Notes: a model not told the origin generated them from the letters alone. Shown: positions 47,785 through 58,730, counted from the first letter of the stretch. The stretch is 64,000 bases of DNA from Candidatus Poribacteria bacterium (GCA_965205015.1 OZ242029.1:5408001-5472000), one strand, 5' to 3'. Made by a program: numbers and translations.

Positions 47785-49518
47785 TTACGCATTGCCCAAG
47801 GGCACCGCTTTTTGAGCAACCTCCAAAATAGCATCAAGCACTTTAGTGACTTCCGGATCAATCTGCTCTGTTGACACATATTGGACTAAAGTATGATAAT
47901 TTGTTTTTTGCATGAGGTTCGGCATTTCCAATTTTTCAAAGAACGTTTCAAACAGTCCATCCAAAAAATCGTCAGTCACCTTGATATCTGGAGACCAAGG
48001 TGATTCTTGACGAAGTGTTTCTCGGGCTTCTTCAATCTCCGTAATCCTTTCCTCCATTATAGACACCCAGGGTATTGAGAATAGTGGACCTCCAATTCGT
48101 TCTTCCGCCTCCGCACGTGCCCAGTCAATTAACACCTGTCTGCTGGAGACAATGTAATTCTCAATCTCACGCCTTTGCCACGCGTATTCTATTAATTCAG
48201 GAGGCGTCTGAAGTTGGTCAGAAATTCGATCAAAGAGACAGAATCCGACGAGGTCAGGCTTTGCCTCACGCAAACCGTAAAAGTGTTTACGTGCCTCCGT
48301 CGGTTGATTACCAACATAATGAACGTAAGGACGTTCTAATACAGCCACTGCATCATGTGAAAGTTTTTCTGCAAACGCCTGCAGGATTGCGAGATCCGTT
48401 GCGCCTTCAAGGTAAAGCACCCAACCCTGTTGCTGTGCCTGATAGTACTGTTCAAAACCAATCGTCCGAAGCGATTTAAGAAGGTGACTACCGCGATCAT
48501 CAATTCGGTGGGGTTTGCCAAGAAAGGCGATAACAACATCGCGATCCGCTGCCTCATTGAGGATAACTTCAGAATGACTCGCAGCAACGATCTGACTGTC
48601 ATTTTCAATTGCTGACTCTGTAAGGATCTGATAAATCTGACGTTGCCGAAGGATTTCAAGATGTGCATCTGGCTCATCAAGTAAAAGGATAGATTTAGGG
48701 TGGGCTGCTATATAGGCGAGTAGTAGTAGCGTTTGTTGCAAGCCCCGTCCCGATGAAGAGAGATCAAGAGAAATACCAGATTCATCTCGATAGTTCATTG
48801 CAATCTCCCCACGCTCCTGAATATAATTGGGTTCATCGAGGTGGACACCGAATAACGAATGGATTTGCGCACAGAGTTTCTGCCACTTTTGGGCATTCTC
48901 TGAAACCTGATAGCAGAGATTACGCAACACCTCTGCTGTTCGTCCCTCTCCGATTCGCACGTTGATTGCCCCTTCATCAAGTCGTGTCTCATTGGAAGCA
49001 AGCCCAGACATCGGCGGGAGGAAGGCAACAGCAATCTCTTCCGCTTTGTCAGGAACAGGCATCCGCTCGGTATCTTTTTCATCTGTTTCTGGTACTCTCA
49101 AAGGACGACAGTAAAAGGATTCCTGATTGGCATAATCGAACTCGAAACCACACTGCCAGTTTTTACCGTCCGTAACACCCTCTACAATAATATCTATACG
49201 GATATTTTGGGTCCGTTGCCTACCTTCAATTCTTTCCACATCACGAACTTGCAAATCTCGCCAGAGCAATCGTGCGCTTGGTACTGGCACGGAGATTAGA
49301 TCACGTCGGTTTATAGCAACACCCGGACGTTTTTCTGGGTTTGCTCTCCCCTTGCGGTTCTCGTTCCAACGCCTGAGTGCTATCTCCCACAAAGCGAGTG
49401 CTTGTAACGCCGTTGTTTTGCCGGAATTATTTGGACCTATGAAGACAACAGGGTTCCCCAACTCGACTTCAACCTCGCCAAAGTTCTTGAAATTACGACA
49501 GATTAGTTTCGTTAACAT
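47785..49518 (-). CDS. ABC-type ATPase with a TOPRIM-like domain (OLD-family-like)
   Basis: Walker A GPNNSGKTT, signature SSGRG, Walker B LLLDEPDAHL, ASHS, then LYLEGATD...LFDR...REIENY. Confidence 0.75.
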   Translation of the reverse strand: MLTKLICRNFKNFGEVEVELGNPVVFIGPNNSGKTTALQALALWEIALRRWNENRKGRANPEKRPGVAINRRDLISVPVPSARLLWRDLQVRDVERIEGRQRTQNIRIDIIVEGVTDGKNWQCGFEFDYANQESFYCRPLRVPETDEKDTERMPVPDKAEEIAVAFLPPMSGLASNETRLDEGAINVRIGEGRTAEVLRNLCYQVSENAQKWQKLCAQIHSLFGVHLDEPNYIQERGEIAMNYRDESGISLDLSSSGRGLQQTLLLLAYIAAHPKSILLLDEPDAHLEILRQRQIYQILTESAIENDSQIVAASHSEVILNEAADRDVVIAFLGKPHRIDDRGSHLLKSLRTIGFEQYYQAQQQGWVLYLEGATDLAILQAFAEKLSHDAVAVLERPYVHYVGNQPTEARKHFYGLREAKPDLVGFCLFDRISDQLQTPPELIEYAWQRREIENYIVSSRQVLIDWARAEAEERIGGPLFSIPWVSIMEERITEIEEARETLRQESPWSPDIKVTDDFLDGLFETFFEKLEMPNLMQKTNYHTLVQYVSTEQIDPEVTKVLDAILEVAQKAVPLGNA

Positions 49519-49714
49519 TCTACTCCCTACCGCGATTACCCTTACGCGCAATGAATTGCGCGACTACAAACCAGATGGAACCTTTGAGGAACATTGGTAT
49601 TTTGAAGGTGTACTTGTTGATAACAAGGAAACTCTTTATCGCCTGTCTGCGTAAGTCTTACTTATTATGGTAAATCCCATAATTAAGTGGACACTGGAGC
49701 GGGACGCTGTGAGT

Positions 49715-49760
49715 GGGCAGGTACAAGACCTAAGGAAACACCCCAGCAAAAACCCCCTAC
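49715..49760. repeat. REP-like unit interrupted by a 21-bp insert
   Basis: GGGCAGGTACAAGACCTA + AGGAAACACCCCAGCAAAAAC + CCCCTAC. Confidence 0.75.
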
Positions 49761-49777
49761 AAGATGTTTACTTATTT

Positions 49778-50833
49778 TTAGGATCCACCATAAACAGGGA
49801 CGGTCTCGCCTTCTGAGCGGAGTCCCGCTTCATAAACCTTCATTACTTCCAAGGCAAATTCAAGCGATCCTTGTTCTGCGGGTTTGCCTTCCAGAATGCA
49901 GTCACAGAAATATCGCATCTCTTGATAGAAGCCTTGTATGAATAGTCCTTTGTTTTCAAGGGTGCCGAGACTGTTTTGGGGTTCCCAGACGATAGCACCA
50001 CTGTCAAAACCTTCAGGGACATAACTCGTGCTGCCACTATAGTTGAAGGGCATGCCGCGTTGCAGTAAAACCCGTGTGCTGTTCCGAATCTCGGCGTGGC
50101 ATCCATCACCGAAGAATTGATAAAGCTCGGCGGGTTGTCCATACCTTGCACCATCAGCCAAATGAAAGTTCCCGAGCGCACCACTTTCGTATTCCAAGAT
50201 ACACGCGCCACCCCCCCGTTGTCCCCGGCGGACGGTCACAGCTGAAACCTTCCCGCCGACGGCTACAAACAACGACAGCGGATGACACCCGTTTTGGAGC
50301 CAATTGGTATGCGCTTTCTCACGCAACACCCGTTTGCCATCGATCGGTATCTGCATCGGATAGACCCCCAGAATGCTGCGTAAGGGACCGTATTCATCGG
50401 TTGCGAAGATTTCAATAATCTTCTGCGTGGCAGGCATGAACGCCTTTTTAAACCCGACAACAACGACACGATCCTTTCGGTGACGGATCATCTCTGAGAC
50501 TTCGGCAGCAAACATTCCGGGCGGCTTTTCCATCCAGACATGCATACCGGCATCTAACGCTTCACAGGTCAATTCGGGATGAAGACGCGGCGGGGCACAG
50601 AGAAAGATCGCGTCCAATTCTTCGTTACGAAACATCTCCGCCATACTCGGATAACACGCCTGAACACCGTATTGCTCGGCAGTGACGCGGGCGCGATCAA
50701 TATCGAGATCGCACAACGCTTTGAGCCGAATGGGGAGAAATGTTAGCGTCGGTAAGACATTGCGATAGCCGTGGGAACCGACACCGACGACAGCGACATT
50801 CAGTCTTTCCTCAAATTCTCTCTGATAACTCAT
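49778..50833 (-). CDS. Gfo/Idh/MocA family oxidoreductase
   Basis: [18 protein letters not shown]. Confidence 0.88.
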   Translation of the reverse strand: MSYQREFEERLNVAVVGVGSHGYRNVLPTLTFLPIRLKALCDLDIDRARVTAEQYGVQACYPSMAEMFRNEELDAIFLCAPPRLHPELTCEALDAGMHVWMEKPPGMFAAEVSEMIRHRKDRVVVVGFKKAFMPATQKIIEIFATDEYGPLRSILGVYPMQIPIDGKRVLREKAHTNWLQNGCHPLSLFVAVGGKVSAVTVRRGQRGGGACILEYESGALGNFHLADGARYGQPAELYQFFGDGCHAEIRNSTRVLLQRGMPFNYSGSTSYVPEGFDSGAIVWEPQNSLGTLENKGLFIQGFYQEMRYFCDCILEGKPAEQGSLEFALEVMKVYEAGLRSEGETVPVYGGS

Positions 50834-50985
50834 ATTTTTAATTTACCTTGCGGTTCGGTTAGGTGAACAAGGGATTTGATGTCCCTTTCCGTAGACCCGC
50901 TTTCCACTTCGTTACAAGCTACACATTTGAGGCCTACTTTCATTTAATCTCCTAATTTACCTTGCGATTCGGTCAGGCACAGGGG

Positions 50986-52464
50986 TTACGGAAGCACGTC
51001 GTCAAGGAATGCATCCAAGTCGTCTTTCATCTTACGCAATTCCGCTTGGTCAATATACATCATGTGCCCCGCCTGATAGTAAGTCATTGTGATGTTATCT
51101 TGCAGAGATTCATCGAGTCCCAAGTGGCTGAAGGTATACTCCGATGCCAGAAACGGCGTTGCCAAGTCGTAATAGCCGTTGGCAACAAAAACTTTCAAGG
51201 CGGGATTGATCGTCATCGCCGCGCGAAGTGTATCTGCGACATTGACGTATTCGTTCTGATGGTCGCTGTAGTCCCACGGGTGCACACGTCGGCTCAGGAT
51301 TTCATACGGCAGGTCAGACACAAATTCCAGTTCATCTCGGACATAAGCGTTGAGAGCGGCGGTATACGCCCCTTGCACGACTGCGGAACTCGGATCGTAT
51401 TCGTAATTTTCACCCGCTGAATCGCGATCAATTCCCTTGTATCGGCTATCAAAACGCCCAACCGTGCGTCCTTCATCTCGGAGCAACTCTTTGCAAAACC
51501 GCATAATGTTAATCCGTAAGTCGGTTCGCTCGATATATTCCGGTGTAAGTCCAGTATACTTGGCGAGTTGTTGAACGATATTGGCACGCTGCGCTGGCGG
51601 CACAGTACTGCCCTGCATCAAAGCGAGGGTGTAATCCCCCATCGCGAACGCCCTCACCTCATCCATAAACGCTTCAAATTGGGTATCAATTTCGTCTAAT
51701 TTGTCATGATAACGTGCGGTCGCCGCATAGGTAGGTAGATAGAGGATATAGGGGAGGTCGTTGCCCGGTGCGAAGCGAATCGTCTGGAAGTTAAGCACGA
51801 CTGAAACGAGCATGATGGCGTTGAGATAGGCACCGTGCCGTCCCTGAAGATACCCTGCCAGTCCACCTGCTCGTGTTGTTCCATAACTTTCACCGATGAG
51901 GAGCTTGGGCGATCCCCAGCGTTTGTAGCGTCCCAGATAGAGGAGAATAAAATCGCCAACCGATTCAATATCTCGTTTGAAGCCGTGGAACTGTTTCGCC
52001 TCTTCACCGAGGACGGCTCTGCTGAACCCAGTGCTGACAGGATCGATAAAAACGAGATCCGTTTTGTCTAAAATAGAACACTCGTTATTGCTCAATTGAT
52101 ACGGCGGGTGTGGCAATTCTCCATCTTCGTCAGGTTTGACACACCGCGGTCCCAAGACACCTAAATGTAACCACACCGATGAAGATCCGGGTCCCCCGTT
52201 GAAAGAGAACGTTATCGGACGTTTGGATGTATCTTCCACATCATCACGAGTATAGGCAACAAAGAAAACGGAGGCTTTCGGCTTCTCACCCTCCGTGTCG
52301 ATCTCCTCTTTCAGGACGAGCGTCCCTGCCGTGGCAGTGTAACGGACCTCTTCACCATTGATGGTAACGCTGTGATGGGTAACCGAGAGTTTATCTTCAG
52401 GTATCTCGGAATTTTCTTCCTCATCTTTCATCTCTTCAGATTCTTTTTTTCCTTCTTGGCTCAT
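50986..52464 (-). CDS. S10 family serine carboxypeptidase
   Basis: FNGGPGSSS, FIDPVSTGFS, GESYG, GYYDLATP, AGHMMY. Confidence 0.92.
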   Translation of the reverse strand: MSQEGKKESEEMKDEEENSEIPEDKLSVTHHSVTINGEEVRYTATAGTLVLKEEIDTEGEKPKASVFFVAYTRDDVEDTSKRPITFSFNGGPGSSSVWLHLGVLGPRCVKPDEDGELPHPPYQLSNNECSILDKTDLVFIDPVSTGFSRAVLGEEAKQFHGFKRDIESVGDFILLYLGRYKRWGSPKLLIGESYGTTRAGGLAGYLQGRHGAYLNAIMLVSVVLNFQTIRFAPGNDLPYILYLPTYAATARYHDKLDEIDTQFEAFMDEVRAFAMGDYTLALMQGSTVPPAQRANIVQQLAKYTGLTPEYIERTDLRINIMRFCKELLRDEGRTVGRFDSRYKGIDRDSAGENYEYDPSSAVVQGAYTAALNAYVRDELEFVSDLPYEILSRRVHPWDYSDHQNEYVNVADTLRAAMTINPALKVFVANGYYDLATPFLASEYTFSHLGLDESLQDNITMTYYQAGHMMYIDQAELRKMKDDLDAFLDDVLP

Positions 52465-52894
52465 AGTGCATTCCTTTCTCTGTTTACGAATAGGATCTAT
52501 GCGAATTGTCTTGACGGGTCAGGGCATTTATAGGAAATTACGGCATGTGAATCTTGCGGAATCATTATAGCACATTTCGTAAAAACGGGTGTCATAAAAA
52601 TCCCCTTTTAAAGTAGTCGTACTACGCGGAACGCAAAGTTTGGCATCAATTCTCTATGCAGATGCTTGCCTGTGCATACGGAGAAGATGAACCTGAATAC
52701 ACAACAGACATGCTTAAATGGGTAAATCCGGACTATGATCGCTTAAGGTCTCTTTAATTCCGCTGCGCTTATCCCCAAAACTTGCTATCATATCCACATG
52801 CCACACCTCACTCTTAAGCCCAACCACAAAACGACCTGAGACTACTACGCCACACTGCAGTTCTGAAATGTCCACATCAAGATACGTAAAGAAT

Positions 52895-52922
52895 TTGACA
52901 TAATCCCAAAATGTGCTAAACT
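52895..52922 (+). promoter_or_regulatory. sigma70 promoter
   Basis: TTGACA-N16-TAAACT with a TGn extended -10, before an AAGGAG RBS. Confidence 0.55.
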
Positions 52923-52942
52923 CTACACAAAGGAGACACACA

Positions 52943-53998
52943 ATGCAAAAACCGATCCGATTAGGACTGATTGGCTGTGGCGGTATTGTGCAAATTACGC
53001 ATGCCCGTGCCTATCGTTCCCTCACAGATACCGTTCAAGTAACCGCACTCGCAGATGTCGTCCCCGAAAACTTGCAAAAAATTGGCGATCTGTTCAACAT
53101 ACCCACAGAAAACCGATACACAGATTATCGCGAGATGCTGGAACGCGTAGCACTCGATGTCGTGACGATTGCCACACCGCACTCACTCCACGCTGAACAG
53201 GTTATAGAAGCGGCAAGCGCAGGTGTTGCCATTATCTCTGAAAAACCGATGGCGACAACGTTAAACGAGGCGGATAGAATTCTGGAGGCGGTCCGCCGCA
53301 ACGGTGTGCCTTACACGGTGGTGCATAACTATATTTTCACAGCAGGGATGCGAGCGGCACTGACGGAACTGGACGCCCTCGGTGCCTCCCATTTCGGACG
53401 CAGCGTCGGTATGGGACTGAAACCGACAGATTTCTCGGCTGACCACCCAACGCCAGCGTTCGCATGGCGTGCCAGCAAAGCAAAAGGCGGTGGCTGTATC
53501 ATCGACACGAGTTATCACGAAATCTACGCCGTCTGCACGCTGATGCGATCCCCAGTGCGTTATGTTGAAGCACGCGTGAAAACGATGCAGCTTGACATTG
53601 ATGTTGATGACCTGGCGATGCTACTGTGCGAACATGAAAACGGGGCTGTCACGACGGTTTCAGGGGCGTGGTGTGTACCCGGTACAGATTCGGGTTGGTG
53701 TGAGATGCATGCTGCAAATGGGTCTCTACGCGTCCAGCATCGCCATAACGTCTCAAACGCGCTCCGTCGCTTTACGAGAACAGATGGATGGCAGCAGTTG
53801 GAACTCGCTGGATTTGACGAAGCGGAGCAGCAGGATGCCAGTGGACACGTCCGATACTTCACGGAGACCTTCAACGCACTTGCTGCGGATACAGCACTAC
53901 CGGTCCCCGCAGAGAAGGCGTATCACAACCTCGCGATTATCGAAGCCGCACGCAAAGCGACAACGGAACGCCGCGCTATTGAAATACAGGCACCGTAG
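52943..53998 (+). CDS. Gfo/Idh/MocA family oxidoreductase
   Basis: LIGCGGI, SEKPMA, GGGCIIDTSYH. Confidence 0.9.
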   Translation: MQKPIRLGLIGCGGIVQITHARAYRSLTDTVQVTALADVVPENLQKIGDLFNIPTENRYTDYREMLERVALDVVTIATPHSLHAEQVIEAASAGVAIISEKPMATTLNEADRILEAVRRNGVPYTVVHNYIFTAGMRAALTELDALGASHFGRSVGMGLKPTDFSADHPTPAFAWRASKAKGGGCIIDTSYHEIYAVCTLMRSPVRYVEARVKTMQLDIDVDDLAMLLCEHENGAVTTVSGAWCVPGTDSGWCEMHAANGSLRVQHRHNVSNALRRFTRTDGWQQLELAGFDEAEQQDASGHVRYFTETFNALAADTALPVPAEKAYHNLAIIEAARKATTERRAIEIQAP

Positions 53999-54008
53999 AG
54001 GAGTAGAA

Positions 54009-54440
54009 ATGAAAAGAGGTCTGCTATTTCACGTTTTGATCGTCCTGATGTTCGGACTCGGTTTAAATGTTCCGATGAACTGCTTCGCGCAGCAAAACAG
54101 GGGCGTCCTCAATGCCAAATCGGACGCTGAATTTGATGCCGAAGAGGATATAAATACGACAGTGTGGCTCGCCGCTGGAGGGCTCTTAGGCGTGGCGGGT
54201 AACCTTCCGCTCGGTGTTGTTGCTATCGGTGGGGCTTATGTCTACCAGCCTATCCCACCTGCTGAGCGACTTCTCGGCAAACCCGCGGAATATGTCAGTA
54301 TCTATACGGATGCCTACAAAGCGCGCGCGCGAAGGCTCCAATTGGGTGCCGCTGCAAAAGGCGCACTCGGTGGGTCGGCTGCGTTCTGCTTATTAGGGGT
54401 GCTTAAGATAAAGCCGTGGGCAGACTTCGTTTTCTGGTAG
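54009..54440 (+). CDS. hypothetical exported or membrane protein
   Basis: GAGGAG RBS, signal peptide MKRGLLFHVLIVLMFG..., and two glycine-rich hydrophobic segments. Confidence 0.6.
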   Translation: MKRGLLFHVLIVLMFGLGLNVPMNCFAQQNRGVLNAKSDAEFDAEEDINTTVWLAAGGLLGVAGNLPLGVVAIGGAYVYQPIPPAERLLGKPAEYVSIYTDAYKARARRLQLGAAAKGALGGSAAFCLLGVLKIKPWADFVFW

Positions 54441-54445
54441 CACAG

Positions 54446-54470
54446 CGGGGCAGGCACAAGACCTGCCCCG
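54446..54470. repeat. single REP-like palindrome between convergent genes
   Basis: CGGGGCAGG-CACAAGA-CCTGCCCCG. Confidence 0.7.
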
Positions 54471-54486
54471 ACGGGTGTTGCAGGTA

Positions 54487-55608
54487 TTATGCACGTAAGA
54501 GGTGCCGCAACGCGTTTGCGATAATATCCTCTTCTCCTGCGTTCAGGGTGTAGGCATTAATCACAATGGTTTCTTTACCGTGCGTGTTCACCTTGATACG
54601 CGGGGTCCCTGCATCCAATTCGTGTGCGACCTGCGCAGCATCCTTGCCACTAACGGCAGTATCAAACGTAACATGTAGATTCGACAGGGTATGACTTTTC
54701 TCTTGGTAATGAACGCCACACGATACCCCATCGAGATTTTCAAGCCCCTGTGCGAGGACGGCGTATCTCCCATCCTGCTCCTTTGACCGCGCTTTGTGGT
54801 CCGTTGATAACCAAATATCGATAGCCGTCACCAACCCGATAATCTCCTGCCGATCTACTTTCATACCGCGTCCAACGGGTTTCGGTCCAATGAAACCGTG
54901 TGTCCGGACTGTTTCAATGAGATCCTTTCTGCCACAGATGAACCCTGTAGAGTGTGGGGCGTTGAAATACTTACCGCCGAAGCAGACGAGATCCGCAGAT
55001 TGGGCGTTCCGCCGGAAGTAATCAAGCGGATGGATTTGAGCGGCAGCATCCGCAATCAAGGGTAGATTGTGTGCGTGCGCAATCTCAATCGCTGTCTCCA
55101 ACGGGACGGCGTTGCCCTGATTCGGTTGGATGAGATACGCGACGGCGGCTGTGTTCTCGCCGATAGCATCCTTCAACGCCACCTCGCTGCAGCCGTTTTC
55201 GTCACCCACAGATATAAGTTTACTCCCCGGCACTGTAAACGCACGGTCATAGCCGTAGTGCTGTATCCGCTGAAAAACGATTTCGTCCTTGAGTCCCGTA
55301 GTATCTGGAAGTTGTGCGCATTTGTCAGGGTCGTTTCCGGTCATAACCGCTGCGGATGCCAAGACGAGTGCGGCATAACATCCAGCAGTGACATACGCGT
55401 CTTCAACCCCTAACCGCTCAGCGATAAACTGTCCCGATTTTTCGAGCAATTCTTCCATTTCGACGTAACTTTCATCCGCTTGACGCATCGCGTCCCTGAC
55501 GGTTGCCGAAGGTGTGGAGCCGCCTCGGACAGTCTGGTTGCCTGTCGCATTAATGACGGGTCGTGTGCCGAGTTTTTTGTAGATGTTTCCCCAACCTGTA
55601 TTCGCCAT
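54487..55608 (-). CDS. SelA-like / DgaE-family PLP-dependent enzyme
   Basis: RPVINATG, IADAAA, CFGGKYFNAP, GRGMKV. Confidence 0.8.
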   Translation of the reverse strand: MANTGWGNIYKKLGTRPVINATGNQTVRGGSTPSATVRDAMRQADESYVEMEELLEKSGQFIAERLGVEDAYVTAGCYAALVLASAAVMTGNDPDKCAQLPDTTGLKDEIVFQRIQHYGYDRAFTVPGSKLISVGDENGCSEVALKDAIGENTAAVAYLIQPNQGNAVPLETAIEIAHAHNLPLIADAAAQIHPLDYFRRNAQSADLVCFGGKYFNAPHSTGFICGRKDLIETVRTHGFIGPKPVGRGMKVDRQEIIGLVTAIDIWLSTDHKARSKEQDGRYAVLAQGLENLDGVSCGVHYQEKSHTLSNLHVTFDTAVSGKDAAQVAHELDAGTPRIKVNTHGKETIVINAYTLNAGEEDIIANALRHLLRA

Positions 55609-55737
55609 GAGTAGCCTCCTTGCGTAAGGTTTCTCGATAACTCAAATGAGAAAGCGTTAACGGTTTCGGATATTAATCTAAACTCACTCTAATAGGAAAC
55701 GCAGGATTTGTCAATGAAGTTTCTTTTCTGTCGAGGC

Positions 55738-56691
55738 TTAGAGGATCGTCAATTCGTCTTCTTCGCCACTTTCCTCGAGAACCGTCGCTAATTCCGCCGC
55801 GACCGCGCCGAACGCTTCGGATTGCGGGGACTCTGGATGCCCGGCGACAATCGGCACGCCGATGTCACCCGCAGTGCAGACTTCAGCATCAAGTGGGATT
55901 TGCCCCAAGAACGCAACACCGAAGCGTTCGCTCGTGTTTTTACCACCATCCGCTCTAAAGATTTCTGTCTTTTCATTGCAGTGCGGACAGAGAAAGTAAC
56001 TCATGTTTTCAATAATGCCGAGGATGGGGACACCGAGACGTTCAAACATGGCAACACCGCGTCGGACATCGGCGAGGGCGACATCTTGTGGAGTTGTAAC
56101 AATGAGCGCGCCAGTTAGAGGAAGTGCCTGCGTTAGAGACAGGGCGACATCACCCGTCCCGGGTGGCAAGTCAATGATGAGATAATCGAGTTCACCCCAA
56201 TCTACATCACTGAGAAGTTGGCGGATGGCACCGTGTAACATCGGTCCACGCCAGATCATTGCCTGTTCTTCTGGCACCATAAACCCAATCGACATGAGTT
56301 TAATGTCATGTCGAACGAGCGGAATAATTTTACGTTCCGGGCTGGTTTTAGGCTGTTCTTGAATACCCATCATTGTTGGGATACTGGGACCGTAGGCATC
56401 TGCATCCAGCAGCCCGACTGTTGCCCCTGCAGTTGCCAAGGAGATCGCGAGATTGGTAGCGACAGTAGATTTTCCGACACCCCCCTTTCCACTGGCAACC
56501 GCGATTTTATACTTGATATTCGGCAATGTAATGTTTTGTTGTTGTTGCTGGGGTTGGGGAGCTGCCGGTCGTTGGGGTTGCCGCCCCGAAATTTGTGACC
56601 CCGTAATTACCTTCAAGTCGGGGTGCGCTTTCGTCGCGGTATCTGACGCGGATTGCGGCGTTTTTTTGCCACCTTTTTTTAGAAATCTCAT
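55738..56691 (-). CDS. apbC: Mrp/NBP35 (ApbC) Fe-S cluster carrier ATPase
   Basis: VASGKGGVGKST, DADAYGPS, WRGPM, DLPPGTGD, ENMSYFLCPHC. Confidence 0.93.
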   Translation of the reverse strand: MRFLKKGGKKTPQSASDTATKAHPDLKVITGSQISGRQPQRPAAPQPQQQQQNITLPNIKYKIAVASGKGGVGKSTVATNLAISLATAGATVGLLDADAYGPSIPTMMGIQEQPKTSPERKIIPLVRHDIKLMSIGFMVPEEQAMIWRGPMLHGAIRQLLSDVDWGELDYLIIDLPPGTGDVALSLTQALPLTGALIVTTPQDVALADVRRGVAMFERLGVPILGIIENMSYFLCPHCNEKTEIFRADGGKNTSERFGVAFLGQIPLDAEVCTAGDIGVPIVAGHPESPQSEAFGAVAAELATVLEESGEEDELTIL

Positions 56692-56962
56692 TTCGCTCTC
56701 CTATAGTTTTGTTTATTGGGTACCCAGAAAGTGTTGGACAATGTCAATAATAACGTACTACATAGTGGAACGTCAATACTGCTTTATGTGACGCTGTAAC
56801 TGAAAATAGTTTAACATTTTTTCTGGTAATTTTGTATAATACATATACGAAAAAAAGCGCGTGATCGATAAATTTCCTAAATTCAACCCGGAAACCAGAG
56901 AATTGTCAATCCAATTAAATTGTCATGAATCTCGCGCGTTGCCCTACTGTAAAGGAGTTTTT

Positions 56963-57628
56963 ATGAACATTTTGATGTTACGCCATTCCGCTGGCTTCGA
57001 GCACACATATTTACCCGATGCAGAAGTCACACTGAAACAGATTGGTGCAGCAAACGGTTGGAACGTCACCACAACACATCGATGCGACCGGATTACCGCT
57101 GAAAACCTTGAAAACCAAGACATCCTCGCCTTCGCCACAACAGGTAACCTTCCATTTGATGACGCTCAAAAAGAGGCACTGTTGCGTTTCGTCCGGAATG
57201 GCAAAGCATTCTTTGGTATCCACAACGCGACGGATACCTGCTACGACTGGCCCGAATACGGTGAGATGCTCGGTGGTTATTTCGCGGGACACCCGTGGCA
57301 TGAAGAAGTAAACGTGATTGTGGAAGATGGAAACCATCCGGCAACCCGTATGCTCGGTAGCAACTTCAAGGTGGTCGACGAAATTTATACGTTCAAAGAT
57401 TGGGATCGCTCCAAAACACGGGTCCTGATGCGTTTGGACAACGATTCCATTGACCTCTCTCGCGGTAACCGTGAGGACCACGATTACGCACTCGGTTGGT
57501 GCCATACCTACGGAAAAGGGCGCGTGATGTATACGGCCCTCGGACACCCGGATGCCCTTTGGCGTGAAAAATGGTTCCAAGAGCACATCATAGGATGCCT
57601 CAAATGGGCGGGTGGACTGGAAGATTAA
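56963..57628 (+). CDS. ThuA-domain protein
   Basis: SAGFEH, GIHNATD, GHPW, DEIY, GRVMYTALGH. ATG after AAGGAG. Confidence 0.85.
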   Translation: MNILMLRHSAGFEHTYLPDAEVTLKQIGAANGWNVTTTHRCDRITAENLENQDILAFATTGNLPFDDAQKEALLRFVRNGKAFFGIHNATDTCYDWPEYGEMLGGYFAGHPWHEEVNVIVEDGNHPATRMLGSNFKVVDEIYTFKDWDRSKTRVLMRLDNDSIDLSRGNREDHDYALGWCHTYGKGRVMYTALGHPDALWREKWFQEHIIGCLKWAGGLED

Positions 57629-57641
57629 TAAAAAGTATAGA

Positions 57642-57672
57642 AGGTAGGCGCGCTGTGTTAGCGCGCCTACCT
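57642..57672. terminator. hairpin between convergent genes
   Basis: 13-bp stem AGGTAGGCGCGCT / AGCGCGCCTACCT. Confidence 0.7.
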
Positions 57673-57682
57673 AATTTCGAGG

Positions 57683-58684
57683 TCAACTCGCTATAACGCC
57701 TGTGGCTCGTAGAAGCGTTTCCTGTACCAACAGTTCGTGTGATATCGGACGATCCGGCGGCTGCGTTCCCGCAAGGGTCGCTAAAAACGCATCGAGTTCA
57801 AGTTCATAGGTGCGTTGACGACTCTCGCCATCTATCTCAACAATTTGCTCACCTTGCGAATATCCGTCCTTCGCTGCCTCTAAACAGAGCCGAATATTCA
57901 ATCCCGGTTCAAAAGGTTCAACGATGATGGCACTCCCCTTGCTCCCATAAACTTCAAATCGACGCGCAACGGGTCTCGGTTCCAAAGCGGAAATCGAGAT
58001 GAATGCCATCGCTTTTTCAAATTCGTACACAGTCAGGGTATTATCTTTGAAAGGTTCAAGGGACCCCCCATCGTTTCGGAGGAAAGCGGTTACCTTTTCC
58101 GGGCGCCCGAGGAGCCAAAGCACTTGGTCGAGGACATGGCCACCCAGATCAAAAAAGATACCGCCGATGTGTTGGCTGATACGTGCGCGGGACTCGTGCG
58201 GAATATTGGTTGACATGTGTGCGCGAACGGAAAAAACATCCCCTAAAAAGCCAGATTTCACCCACTCCGCGACCTGTTTAAAGGCGGAGTGATACCGCAA
58301 CATATAGCCCATCTGTACGTGTAGGGATTTTTCTTGGACGGTATTAATGACGCGCTGCCACTGCTCCCAGTTCTCACCAGCGGGTTTGTCGTACCAGACG
58401 TGTTTGCCAGCGTTTACGATCTGCTCGGTCTGATCCAAACTTTCGGCGTTGTTGCCTTCAGAAGCCACCGCAACAATAGTAGCGTCGTCCAACATTTCTG
58501 CCGCATCCGCAAACCAGTGAACATCGGCAAACGCTCCTTCGCCAGCTTGAAGTTTTTCGCGTTGTTCCGTGTCGGGTTCAAATACACCTGCGACCTCGAC
58601 ATCAGGATTGACAAGCATCGCCTGCAGTTTCCCGCGTGCGTGTCCATGTTTCGTTCCGTATTGTGCCATCCGTATTTTCGCCAT
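57683..58684 (-). CDS. Gfo/Idh/MocA family oxidoreductase
   Basis: YGTKHGHA, WYDKP, FFDLGGHVLD. Confidence 0.85.
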   Translation of the reverse strand: MAKIRMAQYGTKHGHARGKLQAMLVNPDVEVAGVFEPDTEQREKLQAGEGAFADVHWFADAAEMLDDATIVAVASEGNNAESLDQTEQIVNAGKHVWYDKPAGENWEQWQRVINTVQEKSLHVQMGYMLRYHSAFKQVAEWVKSGFLGDVFSVRAHMSTNIPHESRARISQHIGGIFFDLGGHVLDQVLWLLGRPEKVTAFLRNDGGSLEPFKDNTLTVYEFEKAMAFISISALEPRPVARRFEVYGSKGSAIIVEPFEPGLNIRLCLEAAKDGYSQGEQIVEIDGESRQRTYELELDAFLATLAGTQPPDRPISHELLVQETLLRATGVIAS

Positions 58685-58730
58685 CGTTCATCTCCAGAAT
58701 CTGAAATTTGCAACGTAGTGCTATCTGGTT

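Noticed and set aside
52714-52941. 75-aa minus-strand ORF
   Set aside because: It overlaps the promoter and RBS of the divergent oxidoreductase and has no recognisable features.
54487-55608. True selA (selenocysteine synthase)
   Set aside because: It is short, lacks the SelA N-terminal domain and has no selB/selC nearby; it fits SelA-like/DgaE homologs better.
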